Source: Vampirovibrio sp. (GTDB lineage: Bacteria; Cyanobacteriota; Vampirovibrionia; Vampirovibrionales; JAJTHC01). From it: 64,000 nt of DNA. Made by a program: the position numbers and the translations under genes. A model generated the notes under the pieces. The model was not told where the DNA came from. It made no database searches and saw nothing but the letters and a program-made list of their open reading frames with translations. This document shows positions 44,368 to 55,214 of the stretch, one piece after another. The stretch is from positions 1,291,331 to 1,355,330 of the forward strand of contig JACEUU010000003.1 in NCBI GenBank assembly GCA_024998755.1, in the 5' to 3' direction. Numbering within the stretch: the stretch's first letter is position 1; every line of letters starts with the position of its first letter.

Positions 44368-47277
44368 CTACACTTCCAGTTTCATCTGGGTATTAACGCG
44401 GCCTGCCTCGTGCGATGCTTTTTCGACAGCATACCAGGCGGTAATCAGCTCATTATAGAAGCGGGCTTCTTCTGCCCAGCCTTTACGCTCGCATAGGGTA
44501 TAAAGGCGATAAGCCAGTTGGCGAATGGCTTCCGTACGTTCCGGCATACCTGCTAAAAGGCTTCCTGCTTCGCTTTCGCCGCCTTTGTTCAAGGCACGAA
44601 TCATCTGGTGCAGGGCTTCCCACACCGGCGTGTTGTTATCTCTGGCCGGATGCCAGTCATCGGGGTATTCCAGAACTTTGAGCAGGCGCACTTTGCCAGC
44701 CCCAGACTCAATCACACCAGCGTCTTTTAGACCTTCAACACTGGTGCCCTTGGCACGTGCCAAAACATCTGCCTGGCCAAACACGCCAGAAGCCCAGTTA
44801 TATTCATCAAACCAAGCGATGCAAAAGCGGGTATCGGCATCCAGTTCGCCTTCGGCTTCGTTAAAATAATCGTCAATTGATTTATTGATCAGGGTAAGTG
44901 CTGTATGGACGCTCATCGGTGAGCCGTCGGCTTCTAGCACTTCGGTATATTTGCTAAACACGCCCATACCGGGGCCAATGGCGGCTTGCGCCAAATCCAC
45001 TGGGGCAATGGGGCTGTGGGCACCTTTACCGCCAATCATGGCTTCCAACGCTTCGGGAAGTGTTTCTTTCAATTCTGCCAGAAACTGACGGCGATTAATG
45101 GTTTCGGCATGGGCAGGGCGTGGGCGACAGACCAGCACAATGCTGGATGCTAGTGCATTGGCACCAGAGCCGATCATGCGGTTTGCTAGCTCGGTACGCA
45201 TGGGCCAAGTGCCTGTTAAGGCAAAACCTGATCGAATGACCGCTTCCAGAAAGGTTTCCCAGCCGGTAGAAGAGGTGCTTCCTTCTTTGGTTTCGGCCTG
45301 TTTGAAGGCATAGTAAATGCTGACGGGGAAGGCCCCATGAGCTTGCACTGCCAGATTATGCATCGCTTGGGTCATGCCATCGAGAAAGAATTTTTCGGCG
45401 TTTTGCTTGTTGCCGTGGCGGTATGGCGTGGCCACCAGTTCTTCGGCCTTGGGCACAGCTAGTGTACCCAATAATTCGGGTAGCACGGTTTTCAAACTTT
45501 TACGCAGCCAAACATAGAAAAAGTCAGACAAATCAGCATAGCCGATATTGTCGTAATAGGGGGGATCCGTGGAAACGACCTTGTTTTGGCTAATAGTTTG
45601 GGTTTGGGCATCATTCTGCCTAACGCTTGAATCAGTTGTTGCGGGCAAATTATGAAGCAACTTAATTCCCGATTCGATGCCGAGCAGAAAATTTCCAGAA
45701 GAATCACTAAATGGATTTGCTTCTGAAAAATCCCAGACCATTGGTAGAGCTTGACGGCCGAAGGTACTTGTAATTGTATCTCTTCCGGAGTGCCAAGAAC
45801 ATATATTGGACCAATAGTTGGCTCCCTTATCAACCGCAAAAGCCAAATAAACCGAGACAGCATCAGCATAGGCGGTGGGGCCTGTGCCGCCTTGCTCCAG
45901 TCCAAGGCCATCGTCTGCCCATTCGTTGGCCAAGGCGTCTTCCAGCACTTTGTTGCGGGCTTCCTGCACCAGGTCGCTAAAGGTGGTCAACGCCACCAAT
46001 TGCCGTGGCGTGAATAGATCGCCATAAGTCTTTAGTCCATACAACGGGGGAGAGAACCAACGAGGATTCTCTGGCATCGCCACGTCTGGCTTCCAAGAGG
46101 GTTCAGCAATTCGTGCGATTGCTTCCATCTCTTGCGTGGGCTCCAGATAAACTCTCCCCCTAGAGCCTTCTGCAACAATGGCCATCAAGCGAGAGCCCAT
46201 TCGCCCTGCATTTGCTTCAGAATAAATGTAGGCTGGCGCAATGGGCGTATCGGTCATCAGACAGCGGAAATTTGCTCCTCGTGACAGCTTGGTACCTGTC
46301 TTCACCGTTTCGGCATGTTTTGGCGTACCCGTACGGATAGTAAACTGATAGCGGTCGCCTTCAATCACTGGCTCAACATAGGCTTCCTTGCCCTTTTTGG
46401 TGCTTAGGTAAAAGGTGCTGGCCAGTGGTACATCCACATGGCTAAAGGCCGGGTTGGGGCTTTTCACCGTTCTTGCCCAAATCCAGGCAATCACGGTGGC
46501 TTCGCCACCACCGTATTCTTTGGGCAACGTTACCTTGGGGTATAAATGGCCAATACGTTTAAAGGCTTCTTCCCGCATCCAATGGCCATAGCGTCGTACA
46601 TCTTCCGCCAGGCCTTTCGCACCGCTCCAGTCTTCAATAAACTGAGCAGGTTTTTTCTTATCTTCTAGACCTTCCTTTGTTAAAGGGCCAATCGGTTTAC
46701 GCCCAGCAAATTTGGGTGGTATTTCAATCATTGCCTTGTTAATCAGCACAGCTACCGGGTTTAAATCGCTAGCCCAGCTTTCCAGCCCCAACCGTTGTGC
46801 TTCCAGCGGAATCGCTCCACCGCCAGCAAAGGGATCGTGAAAGGCGGGCAATTTCTCGGGGTTAAACAGTTCGGCTGCTTCCGGGTGGTTCTTGTTCAGA
46901 TCGCAGGTTTCACGCCAGCTTTTCCAGATTTCGGCGCGGGCTTCGTTCAGCACGGCTTCGTTATTGGTATTTTCCCACAGCACCAGCTTGCGAATAATTT
47001 CAAACAGCCGTTCCCGATCTAGCTGGGCGGCTTGCTTGTTCATCCCTCGGTTCAGGTGGCGTTCATAGCCGGGGTCATTGACCAGTTGGGCAAATAATAC
47101 CGCCCGTGCTGCAGCCAAAGGCCGTCGTGCCCACCACAAATGCAGGGTAGAAGGATGCCCATGCCGAATAGATTTTTCTCGTGCCGATGCCACATTGATG
47201 TCATCCAGGGGCAAGGCCACTTCAATCAATTTTTTGGGTGCCTTAATGGGCACAGATTTATCAGTAGCAGGTGGCAT
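44368..47277 (-). CDS. DUF1156-family adenine-specific DNA methyltransferase
   Basis: [36 protein letters not shown] (motif I), TDPPYYD (motif IV). Confidence 0.92.
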   Translation of the reverse strand: MPPATDKSVPIKAPKKLIEVALPLDDINVASAREKSIRHGHPSTLHLWWARRPLAAARAVLFAQLVNDPGYERHLNRGMNKQAAQLDRERLFEIIRKLVLWENTNNEAVLNEARAEIWKSWRETCDLNKNHPEAAELFNPEKLPAFHDPFAGGGAIPLEAQRLGLESWASDLNPVAVLINKAMIEIPPKFAGRKPIGPLTKEGLEDKKKPAQFIEDWSGAKGLAEDVRRYGHWMREEAFKRIGHLYPKVTLPKEYGGGEATVIAWIWARTVKSPNPAFSHVDVPLASTFYLSTKKGKEAYVEPVIEGDRYQFTIRTGTPKHAETVKTGTKLSRGANFRCLMTDTPIAPAYIYSEANAGRMGSRLMAIVAEGSRGRVYLEPTQEMEAIARIAEPSWKPDVAMPENPRWFSPPLYGLKTYGDLFTPRQLVALTTFSDLVQEARNKVLEDALANEWADDGLGLEQGGTGPTAYADAVSVYLAFAVDKGANYWSNICSWHSGRDTITSTFGRQALPMVWDFSEANPFSDSSGNFLLGIESGIKLLHNLPATTDSSVRQNDAQTQTISQNKVVSTDPPYYDNIGYADLSDFFYVWLRKSLKTVLPELLGTLAVPKAEELVATPYRHGNKQNAEKFFLDGMTQAMHNLAVQAHGAFPVSIYYAFKQAETKEGSTSSTGWETFLEAVIRSGFALTGTWPMRTELANRMIGSGANALASSIVLVCRPRPAHAETINRRQFLAELKETLPEALEAMIGGKGAHSPIAPVDLAQAAIGPGMGVFSKYTEVLEADGSPMSVHTALTLINKSIDDYFNEAEGELDADTRFCIAWFDEYNWASGVFGQADVLARAKGTSVEGLKDAGVIESGAGKVRLLKVLEYPDDWHPARDNNTPVWEALHQMIRALNKGGESEAGSLLAGMPERTEAIRQLAYRLYTLCERKGWAEEARFYNELITAWYAVEKASHEAGRVNTQMKLEV

Positions 47278-47295
47278 GGAAGTTCCTCAATATCT

Positions 47296-49326
47296 TTAGT
47301 TTATTTCTGGCAGTATTAACGGGCATTCATGGGGCGCCACTGCTCGTGATAATAGCTCATCAAGTTCAAGGTTGACGCTGGCAGCAAAGTCTTCGGGTTC
47401 TTTGCTAAACGGCTGGTGAATATAGAACGGCCCTTCGGTTGTGTCACCGTCGACCAGCACCAACGCCAAAATAAACTTTTCCTTTTGGTTTAGTCCGTAC
47501 AAAATCTCGTTACGGCTCACGGTTATGATGCTTCCATCTTTTTGTCGCCCTTTTACTTCAATGTGCCGCTCTAGGGGTAACACCATGCGACCATCTGGCA
47601 AGCATTGCCTGCCTGGCCGAGAGGTGATATCCCAGCCCACCTTATCCGCTGAGACATCTGTCACTGTATGCCCCAAGGCTTCTTCTGCCAAAAGTACAGC
47701 TTGCATGGCCAATTGTTCCACACGCAGGCGTGCCAACACATCAACGGGAGGGGCTGGCTTGCCCTGTTGTTTTGCTAGGAACCCTGCAGGAATAATCAAT
47801 GCCCCACCTACAATAATAGGCGTGGCAGAAACCACATGGCGCATGGCATTGAGTTCTTTGGTACGTTGCTTCAGTCTGGCAACCAGTTCGTCCATGGTTC
47901 GGCGGGCATTTTCTGGCTGCATACGGGGTTGTTTTCCGGCTTCCATATCTTCTTTCAGTTTTATGTAGCGATCCTCCCAATAGCCAATTTCCTTTGCCAA
48001 CCGTTCATGCACAGCCGCCAGTGTTTTTTCAACCAAATGCTCACGCAGTTCTTTTATCTCGCTGTAATGCTCTGGTACCAGTTGGGTAGAAGCGTAATTT
48101 AATGCCAATTGCTCCAGATTTTGCGTGAGCCAAGGCTGTTGTAATAACTCCTGAACCAAGAGCTGTTGATGCTCATCCAAGGCTTCATAATCCAGATGTG
48201 GCCCCCATCCTGCAAACGTCGCCTTGCCATCTGGAGTAATTTCCACAAACTGAATTCGACGAGAGAGTGTCCGCTTGCCGTCGTCGTCGTTACCGTCTTT
48301 CACCGCTTGGTCTATTAGAAACATCATGCGGGGCGTTTCGCCAGCATCATTGGGATCTAACAAAACAGCACCCTGTTTTAAGTGGTTGCGAGACTGTTCC
48401 AGAATCAAGTCTACAAGCGACTGCATTAGCGGGTGTCCCGGATGAATCAAGCTGGCTTTGGGCTTATTACGAAGATCAATTTCCTTCTTTTCAAAGCAGA
48501 TGCGCTCGTACTTTAAAACCACAGGGTTACGGTTCGCCCGATTTCGTCCTGATAAAACACGATCACGCTCGCGAATGATGCCTGGTACATGACTGATTTC
48601 AAAACGACCTGGTTCACGCGGCTTTAAATCGCCACCCAACTGAGCAAAGGCTTTTTGGAAAAAAGCACGAATAAAGTAAGGCTGGAGCTTTCGGGCTTCT
48701 GCCTTGTCCATTTCTTCTTTCACCTGAAACAATTGCTTTTCTGAAAAAATCTGTTCACATAATGCATCATTGTCAATAAGCTTTTGCAAATTACTTGTAT
48801 CCAGTGCACCAGAGACTTTTTCATCTTGCCTAGCCAGAACTTCTGGGTCATCGCCATAGCGAATAGCTTCAACCAGCACATCCTTAAGAGAGACACCTTG
48901 AAAAACCTTGCCTAGAATGTCGTAAACGCGACCGCCTAAAGCTTTTCGTTCTATCTCCAGCTTGTTAAACAAGGTTTGAAAGACATGACCTTCTGCTGTT
49001 TCACCAGCTAAAAGATTCCATAAATGGCAGATCTGTTTTTGCCCTATGCGGTGTATACGTCCAAAACGCTGTTCCAATCGATTGGGGTTCCAAGGCAAAT
49101 CATAATTGACCATTAGATTGGCATTTTGCAGGTTTACCCCTTCCCCTGCAGCATCTGTTGCCACTAAAACACGGGTTTCAGGATCATTACGAAACAGCTC
49201 TTGCGCCTTGCACCTATCTTCACGCTTGGTCCCCCCGTGTATTTCAATGACCGCTTCCTGTTTGCCTAACAGGGTCCGAATACGATCTGTCAAATAGATA
49301 AGCGTATCCCTGTGCTCTGTAAAAAT
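47296..49326 (-). pseudogene. SNF2-type helicase C-terminal half with DUF3883 nuclease-like domain; 5' half removed at the IS5 junction
   Basis: [49 protein letters not shown]...IEVKGR; codons above 49326 are IS sequence. Confidence 0.88.
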
Positions 49327-50485
49327 GAAGTTACGGAAAAAAGGGCAAGGTAAAATAGAAGGGACATTATTCCACCTCTCATAGGATACCCCACCCCCAT
49401 GACTACCTTTGCCGACATCCAAATTCAACAAGCCACCCCCACTCACAAATTCCTAGAGGAAATGAACCAAACCCTACCATGGCAACTATTTGAAACTATC
49501 CTCAAAACACACATCCACCACAAACCCAACGGCAGACCCCCCTACAAACGCCTACTACTGCTCAAAATGAACCTCCTCAAAATATGGTTCAATCTCTCCT
49601 ATGAACAAACCGAATTTCAATGCCACGACAGACTCTCCTTCCGAAAGTTTCTCGGCTTCTCCTTAGAATCCCCCATCCCTGAAGCCACGACACTCGAAAA
49701 CTTCCAACACGAACTGCAAAACACCCCAGCCCAAGAAGCCCTTTTCTTAGCCTTAGACACCTTCTTTCAAGAGAAAAACCTCATTCTCAAAGAAGGCAAC
49801 TTGGTAGATGCCACCTTTATTAAAGCCAATAGCAAACAGAGAAAAAAACCTGAAGACCAGAGCGACCCTGATGCCACTTATGGCTACAAGGGGTTTGGTT
49901 ACAGTGCCACGGTTAATGTGGATGCTAAAAGCAAGTTGATTCGTAAGGTGGTTGTTACTGGGGCCAATGTGCATGACAGTCAGAGTTTAATCCCTGTATT
50001 GGTGGGCGATGAGCAGACTGTTGGTGCGGATAGTGGTTATGTGGGCAAGGAGAAGGATTTAAAGGCATTGGGGATACAGCCGAGGATTATTAAGCGTCGG
50101 GTTCGGGGTAAGCAGCATGAACCAACGCCTGAGTTGACGGCTTCGCAGAAGCGGTTTAATGGGTTGGTTTCTAAGGTTCGGGCAAGAGTGGAGCATGTGT
50201 TTGCGGGTTGGAAGACGGTGTTTAAGAAGGTTCGTGTGTCTTGTCGTGGGTTAGTGCGTGTTTCTGCGGAGATTTTGGGCTTGGCATTTGGGTATAATTG
50301 TCGTCGGTATGGTTTTTTGGTGAGGAGGGGGGTAGGTTTTAGTGGATTCTTGTATGGTTTTTAGGTAATTATGATCCGAAAAGAGTGGAAACAAGGGGTA
50401 TTGTTCTGTTTTTTGAGCATTTTTGGTTGAATTTTATTAAAAAACACTCACTACTCCCACCTGCACACCCTTATTCCGTAACTTC
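49327..50485 (+). mobile_element. IS5-family element, copy 3; no target duplication
   Basis: Same TIRs; flanks AAAT (left) and ATCG (right) differ. Confidence 0.92.
49399..50364 (+). CDS. IS5-family DDE transposase
   Basis: Near-identical to 13536..14501. Confidence 0.93.
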   Translation: MTTFADIQIQQATPTHKFLEEMNQTLPWQLFETILKTHIHHKPNGRPPYKRLLLLKMNLLKIWFNLSYEQTEFQCHDRLSFRKFLGFSLESPIPEATTLENFQHELQNTPAQEALFLALDTFFQEKNLILKEGNLVDATFIKANSKQRKKPEDQSDPDATYGYKGFGYSATVNVDAKSKLIRKVVVTGANVHDSQSLIPVLVGDEQTVGADSGYVGKEKDLKALGIQPRIIKRRVRGKQHEPTPELTASQKRFNGLVSKVRARVEHVFAGWKTVFKKVRVSCRGLVRVSAEILGLAFGYNCRRYGFLVRRGVGFSGFLYGF

Positions 50486-50881
50486 ATCGGTAAATCCAGT
50501 GTTCAAACCTATATTTATGTATTTAAAGTCAATGAGCCTCATCATCGAGATGAAGTTGTGAAGTTTATTGATTTTTCAAACGACGGCTACACACGAACGA
50601 GCCGAAAAAAAGCAAGCAATAATTTGAAGGATACAGACAGAGCGAAAGAACGCTATGAAGAAGTGGTAAACTTGGTTCGTTTTGGGAAAAATAAGCTCAA
50701 CATTTTTACCGAACACGAGTATTACGAAGGACACATAGACCCTAAAAATGGGGCAGATTGGAATCAACGTTCACCGATTGACACCAAACCTACCTTTGAG
50801 GATTTTAGAAAAACGGTGGCGGACTACCTTGCTTGGGAGGTAGAACAACTCATTAAAGGGGAAGACGGCTTGGGAAAGTAG
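50486..50881 (+). pseudogene. C-terminal fragment of an N6-methyltransferase/RM subunit (BcgI-like or type IIG family)
   Basis: IGKSSVQTYIYVFKVNEPH...FIDFSNDGY...PTFEDFRKTVADYLAWEV; begins exactly at the IS end. Confidence 0.75.
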
Positions 50882-50892
50882 CGTGCCATTCG

Positions 50893-51990
50893 ATGCAAGC
50901 CCAACTAACGCAGTTGGAAGCCGACTACGGCATCGAGTGGCAAGACTATCGATTGGGTGATTTGTTTGAAGTAGGTAGAGGTAATATTTTCAATCAAAAA
51001 AAACTAATCCCTGACTCGAAAGGTATTGCTTTTATTGCTCAAAATGATTGTAATAATGGATTTGTTGGTAAAGTTCAAAAACAATTACATAGGATATTTA
51101 AAGGTAATTCTCTAATTATCGGAAGGCAAACAGGTGTTGTCTACTATCAAGAAAATGAGTTTATAACGACAGATGGCGTATTGGTATTAAGTGCAATCCA
51201 TAACTTTATAAAGAATAATTGCATTGGTTTGTTCGTTGGGAGCATTTTAAGTAAAAAATTAGGTGGTTCCTTTGGATACACCAATACGGTATCCGCCACA
51301 AAATTAAACAAAATCACTATCCAGCTACCCACGATACGCCAAAACGGAAAAACCCAAATAGCGTTTGACTTCATGGAGGCGTTTATAGCAACGCTCAAGG
51401 CGTACCTTACCGTAACAGGCTTAACGGATACCACCCTCACCTCAGCCGAACAAACCGCCCTCGACAGTCTCGACGCTCTCGCTTGGGGGACGTTCAAAAT
51501 CGAAGCGTTGTTTGGAAAGTCTTCTCGCGGTCGTCGTTTAAAATCAGCAGATCGTATAGAGGGTAACCTACCTTTTGTAACAGCAGGAGAAGCAAATGCA
51601 GGAATTTCTGCTTGGATTGGTAATGATGTACATATTTTTTCTAAAAATACCGTTACGATTGACATGTTCGGTTCTGCTAAGTATCGAGGCTATAACTACG
51701 GAGCTGATGACCATGTGGCGGTTGTACATAGTGAAAAATGGCTTCCGCATGCTGTTTTGTTTTTAACTGCGTGTATCCATAAGTCATCTCATGCAGGGCA
51801 ATTCGATTACTCGAGAAATTTTTATGCGAGTGATGCAGATGACTTGACTATCCAGCTCCCCATCACAGCGGAGGGGATACCCGACTATGACACGATGAGC
51901 CTTGTGGTTTCCGCCTTGCAAAAGGTGGTCATTCGGGGCGTGGTCTCGTATTTGGATGCTCGTATTGAAACAACAGCCGAACTGGTGTAA
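50893..51990 (+). CDS. Restriction-modification specificity (S) subunit with two TRDs
   Basis: Duplicated architecture: EWQDYRLGDLFEV...IQLP...DFMEAFI and WGTFKIEALF...IQLP...DYDTMSLVV. Confidence 0.85.
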   Translation: MQAQLTQLEADYGIEWQDYRLGDLFEVGRGNIFNQKKLIPDSKGIAFIAQNDCNNGFVGKVQKQLHRIFKGNSLIIGRQTGVVYYQENEFITTDGVLVLSAIHNFIKNNCIGLFVGSILSKKLGGSFGYTNTVSATKLNKITIQLPTIRQNGKTQIAFDFMEAFIATLKAYLTVTGLTDTTLTSAEQTALDSLDALAWGTFKIEALFGKSSRGRRLKSADRIEGNLPFVTAGEANAGISAWIGNDVHIFSKNTVTIDMFGSAKYRGYNYGADDHVAVVHSEKWLPHAVLFLTACIHKSSHAGQFDYSRNFYASDADDLTIQLPITAEGIPDYDTMSLVVSALQKVVIRGVVSYLDARIETTAELV

Positions 51991-51999
51991 ACACCTTAA

Positions 52000-52842
52000 A
52001 GCATATGGAAAAGGGCATCATTCAAACTCATAAAACGACTCGCTAAGGTCTATGAGGGTCAGCATGAGCCCATTATTTCAGAGGCAGTCTTTGAACAAGT
52101 GCAAAATCAGCTCAAGCAACGCTTTAAAGACAACGAGGCTCGTAAGGTGTATACCCTTCAAACCAACTTATTAAAGGGTGTTTTTTATACCGAAGCAGGG
52201 GAACGCTTTAAGTATTCCAATGCCAAAAAACACCAGAAACGCTTCAATTATTACGCTGTCAAAGGATGCTACTTACCCGCCGAACAAATCGATGAGCCAG
52301 TGCTTCAAGCACTGGCTTTTTTAAACCTCACTCAAGACACATTGAAATCATCTATTGCCAAAGTGATTTATACCAAACAAAAAGATTTCGGCCAACTGGA
52401 AATCCATCTTACCCTAGATGAGACACTCGGCAGGTTAAAATTGCCCCCTCAAGCAGTTTTAAGCATGGATCAAAAAACCCTCATCTTAAGCACCAGCATC
52501 CTCATTAACAATCAAGCACAAACCACTTTAAGAGGGCATCGAAACAAACGGATTCTATCGATTCACGAGATGAATGAACAGTTGATTCAAGGACTTTCCT
52601 TAGCGTGGCATTACAAAACCCAATGGAAGCAGGGAGTCAGCGTTCAAGACATAACCCTCGCCGAAGCATCAGGGAAAAGAAAAATACAAAAGTATCTAGC
52701 CTTAACGCTTCTGTCCCCTCCGATTATTGAATCAATACTCGACTACCAAAACCCCCAGCAACTCACGCTGACCCAGCTAATCGATCTCGCTGAAAGCACC
52801 TCGGATTTTGAACAACAAGCACTGGCTTGGTTTGGGGCATAA
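52000..52842 (+). pseudogene. C-terminal remnant of a large serine recombinase
   Basis: In-frame upstream VYEGQHEPIISEAVFEQVQ recombinase-domain motif; C-terminal YLALTLLSPPIIESIL...QNPQQLTL; catalytic N-terminus absent. Confidence 0.75.
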
Positions 52843-52867
52843 ACACACTGGCTTATCTTTATCCTAA

Positions 52868-52993
52868 ATACCAATTCTAAGATTGAATAGCGTCATGTTG
52901 AGCGACTGCGAAACATCTCCTGTGTCTGTCTAAGGGGATTTTTCTCGTTCGTTCAGAATGACAAAACACCACATTTCATAATGAACTTGGTAT
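52868..52993. repeat. ATACCAATT-type shell enclosing a GTCAT...ATGAC core
   Basis: ataccaattctaagattgaatagcgtcatgttgagcg...ttcagaatgac...gaacttggtat. Confidence 0.7.
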
Positions 52994-53151
52994 TAAAGGA
53001 TGACCCTGCCGCCATAGTCGTGCCTTTTGAAATAAGGGCATGGTATAGAAACACCAAAAAAAGGAACGACTTGAGGTTCTGAAAAGGCTTACCTGAATAA
53101 AACGTCAATACGGGTTCGCCCTAAACCCCCAAGCAGGGGGCATTCTTAACA

Positions 53152-53195
53152 TTAAAACCCGAAAACCATCTGTATGACTGGCTTTCGGGTTTTAA
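53152..53195 (-). terminator. Hairpin downstream of tRNA-Ala
   Basis: ttaaaacccgaaa...tttcgggttttaa. Confidence 0.65.
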
Positions 53196-53271
53196 TGGTG
53201 GAGGATAGGAGACTCGAACTCCTAACCCCCTGCTTGCAAAGCAGGTGCGCTACCAATTGCGCCAATCCCCC
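53196..53271 (-). tRNA. tRNA-Ala(TGC)
   Basis: Reverse complement GGGGGATTGGCGCAATTGGTAGCGCACCTGCTTTGCAAGCAGGGGGTTAGGAGTTCGAGTCTCCTATCCTCCACCA; G3:U70 pair; encoded CCA. Confidence 0.97.
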
Positions 53272-53360
53272 AAGGAAGAAGTATTATCTCTTCTCTTTAT
53301 ACTATTATAATATCTCAAACAAATTTAAAATCAAGCCATTTTTTTAAAAATATTCGATGT

Positions 53361-53406
53361 AAAAAAGGCCCTAGGCGGGAGTGAATCCTAACCTAAAGCC
53401 TTTTTT
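53361..53406 (-). terminator. Terminator after rplT
   Basis: aaaaaaggccctagg...cctaaagcctttttt. Confidence 0.55.
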
Positions 53407-53422
53407 AAAAACAGTAAAAAAC

Positions 53423-53782
53423 CTAAGCAGAAGCTAATGCTAGTTTTACTTGGTCTGCAATTTGTACAAACGTTTCTGGGCTATTAACAGCAATATCTGC
53501 TAAAAATTTACGGTTAACGTTAATACCAGATTTCGCCAACCCATTAATAAACCGGCTATAGCTCAAGCCTTGCAATCTTGCAGCAGCGTTAATACGTACA
53601 ATCCACAACCGACGAATATCACGCTTTTTATTACGTCTATCTCTGTAAGAATGACGCATAGCCTTCATAACGGCCTGATTAGCTACTTTAAACAACTTGC
53701 TTCTAGAACCACGGAAACCTTTAGCAAGTTTTAAAACCTTTTTGTGCCGATTCCGAGACACATTACCACGTTTAACGCGCAT
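53423..53782 (-). CDS. rplT: 50S ribosomal protein L20
   Basis: MRVKRG...KLAKGFRG...[23 protein letters not shown]. Confidence 0.98.
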   Translation of the reverse strand: MRVKRGNVSRNRHKKVLKLAKGFRGSRSKLFKVANQAVMKAMRHSYRDRRNKKRDIRRLWIVRINAAARLQGLSYSRFINGLAKSGINVNRKFLADIAVNSPETFVQIADQVKLALASA

Positions 53783-54025
53783 AGTGAGTGTTTTTCCTTA
53801 ATTTAACGATTGTATAGGCACAAGAAGCATTACTTTCTTGATTTGCTTTGTTTTCATTCAAAGAGCCTGCTACCTCGTGTAACACGTAGATAATAATCAT
53901 CAACTGAACTACTTAAAAGTAAGACCCTTGATTAGTTAGTTATAGTTTCATCTTCTAACAAACAAATACGGAAGACAAGCCCAATGCAAAAACGCATTGA
54001 TAACCAAGGCACTACAGTAAACCGC

Positions 54026-54238
54026 TTACTTGCGTTTATGGTTCATGTAAGGCAACTCTTTTTTAATTTTAGCCATACACGTTTCATGAACAGAAGCTGG
54101 TCCATCTAACCGACGTTTCTGTTTTGAATTCATTTTTGAGTTCAAGTGATTACGCCCAGCTTGGTTACGGACAATTTTACCCGTAGCCGTTACTTTATAA
54201 CGTTTAGCACCCGCTTTGTGGGTTTTCATTTTTGGCAT
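54026..54238 (-). CDS. rpmI: 50S ribosomal protein L35
   Basis: [22 protein letters not shown]; lies between infC and rplT. Confidence 0.97.
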   Translation of the reverse strand: MPKMKTHKAGAKRYKVTATGKIVRNQAGRNHLNSKMNSKQKRRLDGPASVHETCMAKIKKELPYMNHKRK

Positions 54239-54296
54239 TATACATCAAGTTCCATTCTATGGGGTCTTAATACTGCGGATAATAACGCTCTAATGG

Positions 54297-54385
54297 GCAT
54301 CTTCTTTGTCATTTACGGTACTCCTTCAGTTATGTAGTGTTACCTACACGCCCTCAGTCCGTTCCGCATTCCTCGAATCTGCTCC
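54297..54385. repeat. RPE-like palindromic element between infC and rpmI
   Basis: gcatcttctttgtcatttacggtactc...tgtagtgttacctacac...ttcctcgaatctgc; homologous to 59217-59302. Confidence 0.7.
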
Positions 54386-54410
54386 AACCGTTCATCATTA
54401 CCCACAGCAT

Positions 54411-55214
54411 TTAGTCGGCTGAAATAACTGGTTTTTCGGTAGAAACCTTCGGGGCTTTTGAAGCAGATGAAACAACCGTTTCTTCAGTGGCGGGTTCTTC
54501 TACTTTAGCAGCCGGTGGGGTTTTAACCACTGTTGCAGTTGGTTTCGATTGAGGAGCCGATTTGGCAACTGGTTTTTTAACAGAAGCAGGCTTCGGGTTA
54601 AACGTGGCAGAAATGGTGCGTCCTTCTGAACGAACACGCCCTTCTATCACGCCAACTTCTTCTAAGTCTAATACAAACTGGTCCGCTAAATCAAATGCTA
54701 AATTTGCGTGTTGTATTTCTCTTCCTTTTAAGCGAATGGTTAATTTGACTTTATCGCTATCTTCAAGGAATTTTTTGGCACGGTTCACCTTGGTTTCATA
54801 GTCGTGATCGTCAATTCTAACGCCCATTTTAATTTCTTTTACGGTTGTAACGTGTTGCTTTTTCTTTGCTTCACGTTGTTTTTTTTCTTGTTCGTATTTA
54901 AATTTACCAAAATCAACCAGCCTTACAACAATAGGGGAAGAATCCATGCTAACAATCAGCAAATCGTTACCAGTTTCTTTGGCTCGGCGTTCAGCTTCTT
55001 CACGAGGTACTACATCGTTAAAATCACCGTCAATAAGGCGTACTTCTGTTGCCCGAATTCTCGGATTCAACATTTGTGGGCCTTTATCTTTTTTGGCATC
55101 AGGATTGTAGGGGGTTCTTTCTCCTGTACCGGTAGGTCTGTTTTGAGAATACGGAGGTTGTTGAGAGGAAGCGGCACCGCCAGTTGTGGCAGATGGTGTA
55201 AACGGTCTAGAAAT
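54411..55214 (-). CDS. infC: Translation initiation factor IF-3 with an ATT start
   Basis: NPRIRATEVRLID, DFGKFKYE, VKEIK, GRE; frame open 47 codons upstream of the ORF-track Met, to an ATT preceded by AAGGAGG. Confidence 0.95.
   Translation of the reverse strand: MSRPFTPSATTGGAASSQQPPYSQNRPTGTGERTPYNPDAKKDKGPQMLNPRIRATEVRLIDGDFNDVVPREEAERRAKETGNDLLIVSMDSSPIVVRLVDFGKFKYEQEKKQREAKKKQHVTTVKEIKMGVRIDDHDYETKVNRAKKFLEDSDKVKLTIRLKGREIQHANLAFDLADQFVLDLEEVGVIEGRVRSEGRTISATFNPKPASVKKPVAKSAPQSKPTATVVKTPPAAKVEEPATEETVVSSASKAPKVSTEKPVISAD

Larger units (their letters stand above)
22265..53205. mobile_element. ~31 kb genomic island integrated at the 3' end of tRNA-Ala
   Basis: GTGGAGGA at 22265-22272 repeats the tRNA-Ala 3' end (53198-53205); serine recombinase remnant next to the tRNA; accessory, defence and pseudogene content between housekeeping blocks. 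Confidence 0.65.

Noticed and set aside
38533..49326. Calling the cluster BREX or DISARM
   Set aside because: No PglZ, BrxA/B/L or DrmA/B (DUF1998) genes are visible
49327..49446. N-terminus [11 protein letters not shown]... of the 716-aa helicase ORF as native sequence
   Set aside because: It is antisense IS5 left-end sequence, also seen in the 13305..13583 ORF
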